64,000 nucleotides of DNA. Source: Bradymonadia bacterium. GTDB taxonomy: Bacteria > Myxococcota_A > Bradymonadia > UBA7976 > UBA1532. The notes beneath the pieces were generated by a model that saw only the letters and a list, made by a program, of their open reading frames with translations, searched no databases and was not told where the DNA came from. The stretch spans positions 1 through 64,000 of the forward strand of contig JBKAGE010000055.1 of NCBI GenBank assembly GCA_046290225.1, in the 5' to 3' direction. Positions within the stretch are counted from its first letter, which is position 1. Every line of letters begins with the position of its first letter. The position numbers were made by a program, and so were the translations under genes. Shown in pieces: positions 19,265 to 30,300 of the stretch.

Positions 19265-20515
19265 TCAAGCGTGGTTCTGAGCCCTCAACCCGTCGACGGG
19301 GTGTTGGCGGGCGCCTCGCCAGGCCGGGAGGATGGTGGCGAGAAAGCTGATCGCCAGAGCGCCAGCTGCGGCCATCAGGTAATCGAGGGGATCAGAGACC
19401 ACTGGCAAATGGTCGATGCCATAGACCGCCGGATCCAGAGGCAGCCCCTCGGCGAGAATCACCTCGCAGAGCAAAAACCCGCCGAGCAAGCCCACAGCGG
19501 TGCCCACAGCGCCGATGAACATGCCCTGCAGAATGAACAAGCGCAGGATCGACCCGTCCCTGCCGCCCATGGCCTTGATGATGGCGATCTCCTTTGTGCG
19601 ATCCAGGACCATCATGATGAGCGTACAGGCGAGGTTGCACGACGCCAGGATCACCATCACCGACAGCACGATGATGATGGCCAGCCGCTGATAAGTGAGG
19701 CTCTTGAACAGGTTGCGGTTCTGACGCTTCCAGTCGAGCACCGAGTAGGCCCCAGGGCCGATCTGTCTTCGCACCTCGTCGGCGACGGCGGTGGCCTGGA
19801 ACACGTCGTCCACGCTCACTTCTATGCCTGTGGCGATGTCCCCCACCCCGAAGAAGGACTGGGCGAGGGACAACTCCATATAGGCAAAGCGCACGTCGTA
19901 TTCGTGAAAGCCTGCGGTGATGAGGCCACGGACTTCGAAGTTTTCGGTCCTCGGCGCTCGGGCCTTGGGCTGCCAGTCTGTGGTGTCGGGGCTCACGAGG
20001 GGTGACACCACGGTCACCACCCCCCCGGCCTCCACGCCGAGCTTCTCCGCGAGGGCCCCCCCGAGGATGATGCCCTTCACACCGTCGGCATTGGGCCGGG
20101 AGAGGCCCTTGATGATACCGGGGTCGATGTACTGTTCGAGGGCCAGCACGTGGGTGATCCGCTCAGGCACCACCCCCTTCACGATGGCGCCGGTGGTGCC
20201 GTCGGGGCCGGAGATCATGGCCTCGGTGAGGGTCATGGGCGCCGTGGCTTTGACCCCATCCACAGTGGAGACGATCTCCTCCACCATGCGGTAGCCTCGG
20301 AAGCTGACCCCGAACTCACGCACGTAGATATGTGGGGTGATGCCCAGCAGCTTCTCGGTGAACGCCACCTCGAAGCCTGCGGTGAGGGAGAAGCCGCCCA
20401 CGAGGGCGGTGACCCCCAAAGCCACACCGGCAATGGCGAGCCACGTGACCAGGGACAAGGTGCCCCCTCGGCGAGCCCGGAGCTGTCTCCAGGCGATGGT
20501 CCACTCGTAATTCAA
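19265..20515 (-). CDS. Lipoprotein-releasing ABC transporter permease, LolC/E family
   Basis: IAWRQLRARR, GVALGV.AL, DWKRQNRNLF..L, EIAIIKAMG, PAWRGA..PV.GLR. Confidence 0.9.
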   Translation of the reverse strand: MNYEWTIAWRQLRARRGGTLSLVTWLAIAGVALGVTALVGGFSLTAGFEVAFTEKLLGITPHIYVREFGVSFRGYRMVEEIVSTVDGVKATAPMTLTEAMISGPDGTTGAIVKGVVPERITHVLALEQYIDPGIIKGLSRPNADGVKGIILGGALAEKLGVEAGGVVTVVSPLVSPDTTDWQPKARAPRTENFEVRGLITAGFHEYDVRFAYMELSLAQSFFGVGDIATGIEVSVDDVFQATAVADEVRRQIGPGAYSVLDWKRQNRNLFKSLTYQRLAIIIVLSVMVILASCNLACTLIMMVLDRTKEIAIIKAMGGRDGSILRLFILQGMFIGAVGTAVGLLGGFLLCEVILAEGLPLDPAVYGIDHLPVVSDPLDYLMAAAGALAISFLATILPAWRGARQHPVDGLRAQNHA

Positions 20516-20569
20516 TGGGGATCCCGGTTTCGAGCGGCAGCGAGCGACGCTGCGGCGATGCGGGGTTTT

Positions 20570-21892
20570 TTAGGGGTCGGTGAGGAAGATGTCCAGCACG
20601 TCGGGGCTGCGCTCGTCGGCGCTGGCCCCGAGCATGCCCGAGAAGCAGAGCGACCGGGGGAAGCCGCGATCGGTGAAGGTCTCGCAGATGCTGCTCCGGC
20701 CTGGGAGCTCGGTGACGTCGAGATCGGCGAACCGACGCCAGGCCATGAACTCCAGTGGCACATGGCTGATGGCTGCCTTCACAGTCTCGAGGAAGGGCCC
20801 CTTCCGGTTCACGCCGCTGCGGCCTTCAGAGGTCCAGTCGATCTGAGGCACGGCAATGGGCAGGCCATCGGCGGCGAGGGACAAGTAGCTGTAGTGGGAG
20901 ATCACCGCGTCGTTGTCTTCTGGCGCAGGGTTCCCCTGGAAGGGGGCCTGGTTGGTGAAGGGCACGAGGTTCACCCCGAGGTAGTCGGCGAAGGCGATGT
21001 TGGTGTCGCTCCCCGGGCCGTCGGGCACCCGCAGCAAGGGGGCGATGGTGCGCTGCCACGCCACATAGACCGCCTCGAGCTCCGAGATCTCCTCATCGGG
21101 GTAGAGTGCCTCGAGCTCTCGCGTAATCTCCGGCACCGTAGTGCCCATGAACCAGGTCCAGCTGATGCCGGGGCCCACCTTGATGTTGGCGTTGCGGGCC
21201 TTGATGGCGGAGTAGACCTCCCGATAGAGGCTCATGAAGTTGGAGTAGTCGTCTTTCAGGCTGCCGTCTTCGCCGGACTGATGAAAGTACTGGTTCATGC
21301 CCACGCCCACGGTGATGTAGGCGATGTTGTCGAGACCCGCGAGCTCCTCGAACATCGCGATGATGTTCTCGCGGTGCTCGGTGCGGCCGAAGCGGGGGCT
21401 CTGAGCACCTGCTTCGAAACATTCCCACATCAACCCGCCCCGATCAGGGCGCATGAGATCGACGTTCACCGCCACCGTGTCGAAGGTGAGCCCTGCCCGG
21501 GTCAGGCTCTCGATGATGGCCTCAGAGCGTGCCAGCGGGCGCGCCTCTGCGGTGCGATCGCCGAGGTTGCAGGGGTTGCCATCGGCCTCCACCACAGGAG
21601 AGTCGAGGTAGTTGCGGTTGAGCACCAGCACGCCGAAGCCCTGGTCGATCTCCGAGAGGGTGATCGAGGTGCCGGCGTTGATGGCAAAGAGATCCTCTTC
21701 GTCGAGGGAGATGCCCCGTTTGGCCGCTTCGATGTGGCCCGCAGTGTAAGTGGCTGCAGCCAGCTCGGGCACGAAGCGCGGCGGCGCCGAGGGGCCGGTG
21801 TCTTCGTCTCCGCCACAACCCCACAGGGTCATCAGGCTGAGGCTGGCGGCGAGGGCACGGCCCTTGGACGGGCTCAACAAACGTGTGATCAC
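20570..21892 (-). CDS. Hypothetical lipoprotein, possible glycoside-hydrolase-like TIM barrel
   Basis: Lipobox LWG-C; Y..VY.AIKA.N.NIKVG and DYLGVN segments resemble clan-A GH barrels; catalytic residues not evident. Confidence 0.65.
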   Translation of the reverse strand: MITRLLSPSKGRALAASLSLMTLWGCGGDEDTGPSAPPRFVPELAAATYTAGHIEAAKRGISLDEEDLFAINAGTSITLSEIDQGFGVLVLNRNYLDSPVVEADGNPCNLGDRTAEARPLARSEAIIESLTRAGLTFDTVAVNVDLMRPDRGGLMWECFEAGAQSPRFGRTEHRENIIAMFEELAGLDNIAYITVGVGMNQYFHQSGEDGSLKDDYSNFMSLYREVYSAIKARNANIKVGPGISWTWFMGTTVPEITRELEALYPDEEISELEAVYVAWQRTIAPLLRVPDGPGSDTNIAFADYLGVNLVPFTNQAPFQGNPAPEDNDAVISHYSYLSLAADGLPIAVPQIDWTSEGRSGVNRKGPFLETVKAAISHVPLEFMAWRRFADLDVTELPGRSSICETFTDRGFPRSLCFSGMLGASADERSPDVLDIFLTDP

Positions 21893-21934
21893 AGATGACC
21901 TCTAAAGGTGCAGGTGGAGATCAGTAAACGCAGA

Positions 21935-22996
21935 TCAGTAGATGATGAAGGGCTCTTCTGCAGCGGGCTTGGTCTCTTCAGCCTTCTTGGTGGCCTTCTT
22001 GGCGCCTTTGCGGCCCTTGCGCGAGCGACGCTTGGGGCCGTCGACCACGGGCTTGCCGCTCACCCGGCTCACCGACTCGTAACGCTTGCGGCCGGCGTTG
22101 AGGTCGACCTCCGGCGTTTCACCGGTGATCTGGTCGACGATGTCGGTCTCTTCGTTCATGACACCACCGGTGATGTCGGCGAGGGCCGAGGCCACCGCAG
22201 GATCGTCGGCGATGTTCGCCGGGGAGGCCGGCGTGCCGACCCGGTTGGCTTCCAGAGCGACGCCTTCATCCTTGCTCAAGAAGGTCATGACGAACGATCC
22301 GAAGAAAGCCGAGCGATCTTCCACTTTGAGCTGGGTCATGTCGTCGGACCAGGTGGCTGCGCGGATGGTCTTGGTGCCGCCCTTGGGGGTGTACCAGTCC
22401 ATCTTCACGGGCCGGCCGTACTTCTTGCGCACCTGCCGGGCGAACTTCTCGAAGGAGACCTTGCGGGTGATGCTGTTGTTGTAGGCCACGAGCACCTTCC
22501 AGAGGCGATCGTCCTTGAAGAAGTAGTAGCGCTGAGCTGAAGCATCATCGACGCGCACCACGGACTCTCCACTGTTCTTCTGGAAGTCCTTGGCGATGAG
22601 GGAGGACTCGTAGCCTGTACGCTGGGCGCCGAACTGCACATAGGTCTTCTCGACGCGGGCGTACTCCTGCTGCTTTCGCTTGCGGATGCGGTCGATCTCG
22701 AAGACGTCGGTGGTCTGCCGGAGAGACTCGGCATACCGCTCGTCGATCTCCGCTTTGACCTTGCCCAGCACATCGTTGTGGCTGCATCCCCAGTCGAGCA
22801 GCCCCAGCACGCTGGAGATGCCGGTTTTGGGCACCTTCTTTTTGGCTTCTGCTTCTTGAACGTCGGGGGCGTCGACGAGGCCCTCGAACTGAGCTTCGGC
22901 CTGTTGATGGCCCATGAGGCTGGGGCCCACGAGGGTGACACCCAGAACCGCAGCGATCAGCGAGAGGCGGCGCTTGAAGGAACCTGACGTGTGCAT
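21935..22996 (-). CDS. Secreted hypothetical protein with basic/acidic C-terminal tail
   Basis: Signal peptide ending AEA-Q; GGAGG RBS; strong codon bias. Confidence 0.75.
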   Translation of the reverse strand: MHTSGSFKRRLSLIAAVLGVTLVGPSLMGHQQAEAQFEGLVDAPDVQEAEAKKKVPKTGISSVLGLLDWGCSHNDVLGKVKAEIDERYAESLRQTTDVFEIDRIRKRKQQEYARVEKTYVQFGAQRTGYESSLIAKDFQKNSGESVVRVDDASAQRYYFFKDDRLWKVLVAYNNSITRKVSFEKFARQVRKKYGRPVKMDWYTPKGGTKTIRAATWSDDMTQLKVEDRSAFFGSFVMTFLSKDEGVALEANRVGTPASPANIADDPAVASALADITGGVMNEETDIVDQITGETPEVDLNAGRKRYESVSRVSGKPVVDGPKRRSRKGRKGAKKATKKAEETKPAAEEPFIIY

Positions 22997-23140
22997 GCTC
23001 ATCCTCCGGCGTCTTGAAGGGATTGAAAACTCAACGTGTTTTCTGACGCCTGCCAAGGTGGGAATATAGACCACACGCCCCCCTTCTGCGCAAGTCGAGG
23101 GGCGGTGTCCTCTGTCGTAAAGGCAGGAGATGTGGGCGTT

Positions 23141-23183
23141 GGTATGTGGTATCTTGACATACCCATTCCGATTTCATTATCAG
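23141..23183 (+). promoter_or_regulatory. Putative sigma70 promoter with an overlapping inverted repeat
   Basis: TTGACA (23154-23159), 18 nt, TATCAG; GGTATGT-N9-ACATACC (23141-23163) covers the -35. Confidence 0.4.
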
Positions 23184-23230
23184 TCCCGGTCGGCCCGTGA
23201 CCGGGCAGCTCGGCGAGTCGAAACAGTCCC

Positions 23231-23542
23231 ATGCGCAACTTCCCCATCCAGTGGCCTTCATCGCGGCGGCCCTCATCGCGGTGGTTCTGTGCACCCTTGA
23301 CCATCGGGGGCGTCCTTTTCAGCGCATCTGCGGCTTGGGGCCAGCGCACCGAGGTCTCGGCTCTGTGGCGTGAGTGGGCCTCTGCTCAAGCGGAGTGGAC
23401 GACGGAGCGCTCAGTCTATTTCGAAGACCGGACCTTTCACGCAGATCTACGGAAGCGACGAGGTCTGGCGGTGAGACAGAGGCAGCCCCAGATTCCGCCA
23501 CCAGATGCGGGAGATGAGGTCGGAGGAGGAGAGTCACCATGA
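23231..23542 (+). CDS. Small hypothetical protein, possibly exported
   Basis: Signal-like stretch ending ASAAWG; its stop overlaps the next ATG (ATGA). Confidence 0.4.
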   Translation: MRNFPIQWPSSRRPSSRWFCAPLTIGGVLFSASAAWGQRTEVSALWREWASAQAEWTTERSVYFEDRTFHADLRKRRGLAVRQRQPQIPPPDAGDEVGGGESP

Positions 23543-26217
23543 GCGTCACCCACACAGCCAACGGTGGTGGCACCCCAGGCCACGAGGCGCCATGGACTTT
23601 CTATGGCCAGCGGGCACCTCTCATCGGTCGGGTGAAGGAGCTGCACCGCCTCCGAGAGGCCCTGCGCAACACCGCAGAGAGCTGCCGCCGCAAGGCACTG
23701 CTGATCATGGGGCCCACGGGCATCGGCAAGTCGCGCCTCATGGCGGAATTCGCCGAGACCGCCGAAGCTCACGTCGATCCGGTGAACGTGGTGAGCGTGG
23801 CGTGCCGTCCTGATGGTGGGCCGCCGTACACCATCTTCCGGCGGTTCCTCGAGCAGCGGTACTACATCGATCAAGACGCCCCCATCGAGTCGGCCCGGGC
23901 ACAGTTCCTCGCCGGGGTGACTCAAACGCTCCGAGACGAGGCCCTCGGCGAAGAGGCGGCGCACTTCATCGGGCACCTGGTGGGGCTGCGTTTTCCCCGT
24001 TCGAAGCAGATCCTGTCGGTGGATGCTGACCCTCGGCGCATCGAGGCCCGGGCGGTGGAGCTGCTCCACCGCGTGATGCAGACGGACGCTCAGAAGGCCC
24101 CGCTGCTGGTCACCATCGACAACCTGCACCTCGCCAGCGACGAGTCCATCGCCCTGCTCCTCACCCTCGCCGAGGGGCTCAAGGACTCCCCCATCATGTT
24201 CGTCGGGGCTGGGCGGCGGCGTCTGGTGGAGCGCCACCGTGCCTTCACGGAGACGTTCAAGAAGCGCAACCTGCTCCTGGAGCTGTCCCCCCTCGCCGAT
24301 CGACACTGCAAGCGGATCCTCGAAGCGCTACTCACCCGGGCGGCCCCCCTGCCCTCGCGTTTCACCGGGCTCACCTGCGAGAAGGCCATGGGGAACCCGC
24401 TCTCCCTCGAGCAGATCGTGCACCTGCACATCGAGCAAGGGGTGATCGACGTTTCCGGCGACGCTTGGCACATCAACACCGAGGCCCTCGGCGACGCACA
24501 GATTCCCAGCTCGCTGCGCGACGTGGTCCGCAGCAAGCTCGCCCGCCTCGGCCGTGGAGAGCGCCGGCTGCTTGAGAAGGCCGCCGCTGTGGGCGAGGTG
24601 TTCTGGAGCGGCGCCGTAGACATGCTCCGACGCATGGACGAGGGCGAGCGCTGGGACGAAGGCGATCGCTACTGGCGCTCTTCACGGCGCGCCGACGAGA
24701 TGGGCGGGCTGCTCGAGGCGCTGCGGCGCAAGGAGATCATCCTGCGCAATCCGCGATCCGGGGTGGCCCGTTCGAAAGAGTACGCCTTTAAGCACATCCT
24801 GGAGCGCGAGCTGCTCTATGAAGGCATCGAAGGGCCCCGGCGGGCGCGGTATCACCGGCTCATCGCCCAATGGCTCGAGACCCACCTCGCCGGACACAGT
24901 GAAGATCTCACTGAGCTGATCGCCATGCACTGGGAGAGAGGCCACCATCCCCGGAAGGCGGCGACCTACTATGTGCAGGCGGGCACCCGGGCCGCGGAGC
25001 GTCACCTGAACAGCAAGGCGGTACAGTTCTTCAACAAGAGCCTCACCTGCCTCAACGAAGACGACGCGGTGGTCCGCATCGACGTGTTCCACAAGCTCGG
25101 ACAGGCCCAGATGGCCACGAGCACCTACGACGAGGCCCTGGGCTGTTTTCAGGAGATGCTCCGCCTCGCCTGGCGCCTGGACGATCCCACCAAGGGCGGG
25201 CTGGCCTACAACAAGATGGGCCAGTGCTATCGAGCTCTGGGTGAGTACGATCTCGCCGTGGAGCACTTCGAGACCGGGCTCACGCTGTTCCGCACTGTCG
25301 ACGATCAGCGCGGCATCGCCATGTCCGCCGACGACATGGGCCGGGTGCACTGGCTCAAGGGCGATCACGACGAGGCCATGGTGCTCTACGAGGAAGGGCT
25401 GCGGCTCCGCCGGGTTCAGGGTGACGTCCGCAGCGTGGCGGTCTCCCAGGCCCACCTCGGCAGCCTCTACATCGAGAAGGGTCGCTTCAAAGAGGCTGTG
25501 GAGATCTTGCGCGAGGCCCTGTTGGGGGCCCGGCAGGCGACCGATCGACGGACCGAAGGCGATGTACTCAACAGCCTCGCCATCATCTGCTTCCACCGCG
25601 GCGAGCAGACCAAGGCCCTCGCCCTCTGGCAGGAGGCGATGCAGATCGCCCAGCTGCTCGGCGAGCGCCAGCTTCAGGGCATGCTGCTCAACAACCTCGG
25701 GGAGACCGAGCTGGCCCTGGGCGAGGTGAAGTCCGCCACCGAGCGGCTCACCGCCGCCGTGGAGCTTCTCGAGCAGGTGGGCGATCGGCGATCCCTCTCT
25801 GATGCCCTGCGCAACCTCGGCAGCGCTTACCTGCGCCTCGATGATTACGCCAACGCCCTCGAATACTCGCAGCAGGCCCTCGAGGTGGCCGAAGAGCTCG
25901 GCGCCCGAGCCTACGCAGGCCTCGCGGAGCGCAACCTCGGTGAGGTGTACTCCCGCACCCTCTTCGACGGCGACGGCTCCTTGCCCAAGCGGATCGAGGC
26001 CGCCGCCCAGCACTTCGAGGCCTCCATCGGCGCGCTGCGCACCGTGGGGCACGAGGCCGAGCTCGGCCGATCTCTCCTGGCCCACGGGGCCTTCCTTGCC
26101 GAGATCGGCCAGTTCGAAGAAGCTCGCGCCCGCCTCGAAGAGGCCCGCACGCTCTTCACCCGCTTGCGGATGAAGGACTGCCTCCAACGCACCGAGCGGG
26201 TGCTCGATGCCCTCTGA
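23539..26217 (+). CDS. AAA/STAND-type P-loop ATPase with C-terminal TPR array
   Basis: LIGR..EL, Walker A GPTGIGKS, Walker B LLVTIDNLH, GNPL, Y.FKH.L.RE.LY, many TPR-like repeats; GGAGGAG RBS. Confidence 0.85.
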   Translation: MSVTHTANGGGTPGHEAPWTFYGQRAPLIGRVKELHRLREALRNTAESCRRKALLIMGPTGIGKSRLMAEFAETAEAHVDPVNVVSVACRPDGGPPYTIFRRFLEQRYYIDQDAPIESARAQFLAGVTQTLRDEALGEEAAHFIGHLVGLRFPRSKQILSVDADPRRIEARAVELLHRVMQTDAQKAPLLVTIDNLHLASDESIALLLTLAEGLKDSPIMFVGAGRRRLVERHRAFTETFKKRNLLLELSPLADRHCKRILEALLTRAAPLPSRFTGLTCEKAMGNPLSLEQIVHLHIEQGVIDVSGDAWHINTEALGDAQIPSSLRDVVRSKLARLGRGERRLLEKAAAVGEVFWSGAVDMLRRMDEGERWDEGDRYWRSSRRADEMGGLLEALRRKEIILRNPRSGVARSKEYAFKHILERELLYEGIEGPRRARYHRLIAQWLETHLAGHSEDLTELIAMHWERGHHPRKAATYYVQAGTRAAERHLNSKAVQFFNKSLTCLNEDDAVVRIDVFHKLGQAQMATSTYDEALGCFQEMLRLAWRLDDPTKGGLAYNKMGQCYRALGEYDLAVEHFETGLTLFRTVDDQRGIAMSADDMGRVHWLKGDHDEAMVLYEEGLRLRRVQGDVRSVAVSQAHLGSLYIEKGRFKEAVEILREALLGARQATDRRTEGDVLNSLAIICFHRGEQTKALALWQEAMQIAQLLGERQLQGMLLNNLGETELALGEVKSATERLTAAVELLEQVGDRRSLSDALRNLGSAYLRLDDYANALEYSQQALEVAEELGARAYAGLAERNLGEVYSRTLFDGDGSLPKRIEAAAQHFEASIGALRTVGHEAELGRSLLAHGAFLAEIGQFEEARARLEEARTLFTRLRMKDCLQRTERVLDAL

Positions 26218-26245
26218 CCGGCGCCCTTCGAGCCGTTTTCTCCAG

Positions 26246-27334
26246 ATGAAGATCATGTGGCCCAGACTCACCGTCCTCGCTGTGTTGCTCGGCATCGGTC
26301 TTCGAGCCGAGACCGCCGAGGCCATCATCATCGCCCCTTCCCCCGGGCAGGAGGTGGTGGCCATCGAAGAGCGAGTGCTGCTCGTCTTCGACCCGCTGAA
26401 GGGTTCTCAAACCGTGGTCATTCAGCACACCTTCGAGGGCACCACGGCGCCCTTTGGTTTGCTGATCCCCACACCTGAGCCGGCAAAGGTCTCCCTGGGC
26501 ACCGAGCGGCTCGGCCGGGCGATCCGCAACAAGCTGCACCCCCGAGCTCGAGATCAGCGCATTCTCGACGTGGAATTCGTCTGGTGGACCAAGAGCTGTG
26601 TCATCCGGGAGGTCGGCGACGGCCATGCCGGTCAGGGCCGCGCTCGGAAACCGCCCATGGCCCGGGGCAAGGCCGAGGCCTTGGGGCCGGCCTCTGATCG
26701 ACTGCACGAGTGGCTGCTCAACAAGGGGTTCACGCTGGCGCCTGCTCAGGCTGCGTGGCTGAACCGCCTACGAGATCGAGGCTGGTCGGTGGTGGCCGTG
26801 GAGGTACGCCCCAAAGCCCCCAAAGGCCTGCCCGCTGCCCGCATCCGCGGTCCCATCCTCGCCATGACCCACGAGGCCGAAGAGCCGATCTACGCCAGCG
26901 CTCAGCCCCCCTTCGACATCGACGGCGCAGTGGCGGCCCCCACCCCCTTGGAGATCGGCGTGCTCACGGAGTGGGCAGTGAGTCCTGACACGGATATGTC
27001 CGGAGAGCCTTTCTTCGCCGATGCGCTCTCTGGCCGGGACGTGAGCCGGTTGGGGACCGAAGCCGGCGGGTTGCCCTGGGCCTTCCGCCGCGACGGCACG
27101 CTCACGGCCTACCGCTTCGACCGCGGCCAGGTGCCCTCAGTGCTCCGCTTCGTGCAGTCTCCTCCGAGGCCACGCATTCGCCCCAAGGCCGAGCCACAGA
27201 TCAAAGCCCACAGCATGCAGCTCCCCGTGGAGCTGCCGCTTCTGGGGGGCATCTTCGGGATCTGGGCATGGATGCGGTTGCGAAACGGCCGCCGAGTGGT
27301 CAGGGGCACCCGCTCCGGGCGCCTGAGGCTCTGA
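26246..27334 (+). CDS. DUF2330-like exported protein with C-terminal membrane anchor
   Basis: Signal peptide; ERVLLVFD...TVVIQ..F.G....FGLLIPTP and L.EWL..KGF motifs; C-terminal TM plus basic tail. Track start 26207. Confidence 0.7.
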   Translation: MKIMWPRLTVLAVLLGIGLRAETAEAIIIAPSPGQEVVAIEERVLLVFDPLKGSQTVVIQHTFEGTTAPFGLLIPTPEPAKVSLGTERLGRAIRNKLHPRARDQRILDVEFVWWTKSCVIREVGDGHAGQGRARKPPMARGKAEALGPASDRLHEWLLNKGFTLAPAQAAWLNRLRDRGWSVVAVEVRPKAPKGLPAARIRGPILAMTHEAEEPIYASAQPPFDIDGAVAAPTPLEIGVLTEWAVSPDTDMSGEPFFADALSGRDVSRLGTEAGGLPWAFRRDGTLTAYRFDRGQVPSVLRFVQSPPRPRIRPKAEPQIKAHSMQLPVELPLLGGIFGIWAWMRLRNGRRVVRGTRSGRLRL

Positions 27335-27343
27335 GCGACGCCT

Positions 27344-30300
27344 CTACTCGGCAGCGCTGAGCCACCTGCGGATGGCGAGGCAGTGAGGCGACGCTGCAAA
27401 ACGCAGCAAATCTTCCGTGCGGCGCGCCTCTTCTTCAGCGCTCACATCAGGATCAGTAGTGAGCCAGCTCAGGGCCCACATCACGTCATGGCTCAGCGCG
27501 AGGACCAGGCGTCGGTGGTAGTCTTGCAAACCTCGACGGATCAGCGCCCCACCCCGACCATGCATCAACCTGCGGGTGGTCTGCGCCACCTGGATCAGCT
27601 CCTCTCGTCGGTTGATCAGTCGGGTATCGATGGTGTGTGGGTGCATTCCGGGGATCCCGGCGCCGATCTCCACAGGGGCTCTCTCCGACGCGGCCTGAGC
27701 ATCGATCTGATCAAGCACCACCGAGAGCCAGGCCTCGAAGGTGGCATCATCGAGCGTGAACGCTGGCCGAAGCCCTTCCACCACGGGGATCAGGGCGGCA
27801 ACGGCCAGGGCATCGAGGGCCCCCTCGCTCTCTGACTCGAGGTGGGCTTCGCTCACCATGAGCGCCACAGGCGCGTGGCCCTGCAGATGCAGATCGCCCG
27901 AGAGTGCAGGCGAGACCAGAGCGAGCACCGGTGGCGGCCTCAAGGCCTGGGCCCAATGACGCACGGCACCGCCCCATGTGGGATCTTCCACGGGATGGGC
28001 TGCGATCTCCCCCACCCCGCTGAGGAAGAAGTTGCCGATCTCTGTAGAGAGCAACCGCAACATCCGGCCCAGAGGTCTGGGGATGGCGTCGGGCAAAGCC
28101 CGTTCGCGGAGCACCTCGGGCAACAGCCGCGTCGCCCGGGCACAGCGGAGCTTATCGGGTGCCTCGGCGCCCTCGATCCAGGCCAGCACCGAAGACATCC
28201 AGTGAACCGCGACGTCGTCCTGGGCGATCTCGTGTGTCTCGATCAGGCTCCGCCAGGCTGCAGGGGTCCGTGGATCAACGGGCAAATCTGCGGAGAGCTC
28301 GGTCATCGACTCTGCCACTTCGAGTCCCGCCGTGTGCATCAGCGCAGCCATCTCGGGGGCTTCGGTGATCGCCGGGGTGAGCAGTGGCTCGAAGGTGACC
28401 TGGGGCAGCTGCGTTGCTGGCGCAGGGGTCCGCTCTACGCCCAGAGCGTCCATGGCGTCGGTGACCGCTTCGCTCGCCGGAGAGTAGTCGATGTCCAGAG
28501 GGCGCGTCTGAAGCGTGTCGAGAATGTCGAGAGCCTCTGGTTCCACCAGGGCAGAGGTCAATCGGTGCCGAGCCTGATGCACCTCACCTTGGGTGCCCAC
28601 AGGGTCGATGACCGCGAGCCGCTCCCAGGCTGAGAGGGCCCCGAGGGGATCGCCGCTCTGCTCACGGATCGCCGCAAGGGCCAGCAGGGTCTCCCGATCT
28701 CCCGACTGAAGCTCCAGCGCTTGCTCGAACTGTTCGATGGCTGCCCAGGGCTCGTGCGCCTCGGTGTAGAGCAGGTGGCCCATCTCCCGGTGCAGGGCTG
28801 CGAGGGTCTCGGGGCTGTCTGTCAGCTCGGTGAGGCGCTCGAGGCAGTGGAGGGCCTCGTTCAAATCGCCCAGTGTACGGGCGAGATTGGCCACTCGGCG
28901 CCAGGCCTGCACGTCATCGGGCTCGTATTCGAGCAGTGTCTTCAAGATGTCGCGGGCCCCGGCGCTGTCGCTGAGCTCTTCCAGGACGATTCGGGCCGCC
29001 TCTTGGAGCATGGACCGGCGGCGCTCACGGTCGTCTACTTCCGTGGCCCGCACACGGAGCAGGTCTGCCCGGGTCTGTGGATCCCCCGACTCGGCCGTGA
29101 GGGTCAAGGCCCCTTCGAATGCGGCCTCCGCCTTGGGATTGCGCTTGAGGGCCCTGCGATACGTGGCCAGAGCCCGCGTCGAGTCACCTACGAGGGTGGA
29201 CCACAAGTGGGCGGCTTCGGTGAGGGCTTCCGCAGCGAGCTGTGGATCGTCGAAGGCCTGGGCCATCTGCTCCAACAGGGCCGCTCGGGCCCCTGGGGGG
29301 CGCTCGTCGGCCCCTGTGGTCTGAAGCATCAGCCATGGCGGTACCGGATCAGAGGGACTGATGCGGTGAGCGCTGGAGAAGTGTCGGCTGGCGAGGGGCA
29401 GATCGCCTTGAGCCTCGGCCCAGAGGCCAGCGAGCCAGAAGATCACCCCCTTCACCTCGGAGTCCCGTGCGTGGCGGGCGAGGCGGCCGAGATCATCGGG
29501 CACCACCCCTTGCACCGCCGCTGAGACGATGGCCCCCCAGGCCTGCTCGTCCTCTGGCTCCAGGGCGAGCACCCCGCGCCAGAGTGCCGAGCGCTCTGTC
29601 CGGCTGCGGCCATCGCTGAGGGCCGCCGCCACCGTGCGGATCACATGGCGATCTTCGTCGGACTCGACCTCAGCGGCCAGCGCGTTGAGGCGATCGTGCA
29701 TAGCCTCTCGTGGCGTCTCGTGGGCCAGCTCCGCCCACTGGGCATCGAGATCCCGAGGCCAGTTGTCCACCACTGTGGACCACAACACCGCGCCATTCCG
29801 GGCCGCCAGATGGGCCGCCGCTGGATCAAGGGCAGCGAGGGCCCGCAGGAGCGTGGCGTCACCGGAGTCGGCGCAGATCGCAGCCCGCAACAGGGGCCAC
29901 TGTCCAGAAGGCAGGGCGTCGACGAAACCCGTCACCGCTTGAAGCCTGGGGCCGATGCCATCGGTGCTCAGCTCGTGCACCCAGGCCTGCTCGGCAATGG
30001 TCAGCCAGGACACAGCCTGCTCGACAGGGTTGACGCTCTGGGCCGCTCTGACCTCCAAAACGCGCTGCAGCGCTTCGACCCGCTGCTGGCGATCGTAGAT
30101 ACGCTCCAGGCCCAGCTGAGCGTCAAAGCGCTCTGGCGCGGCGGCGAGCAGCGCTTCGAATGCCCCCGCTGCGAGGGTCTCTTCTTCGAGGTGATAGGCG
30201 TAGAGATTCGCCAGCTGCGAGAGCAATGGCAGGGTGCGGAGATCACCTTCGGGCAGGCTGGCCAGCTCTTCCTCATGGAAGGCGGCGAGATCGTGCCACC

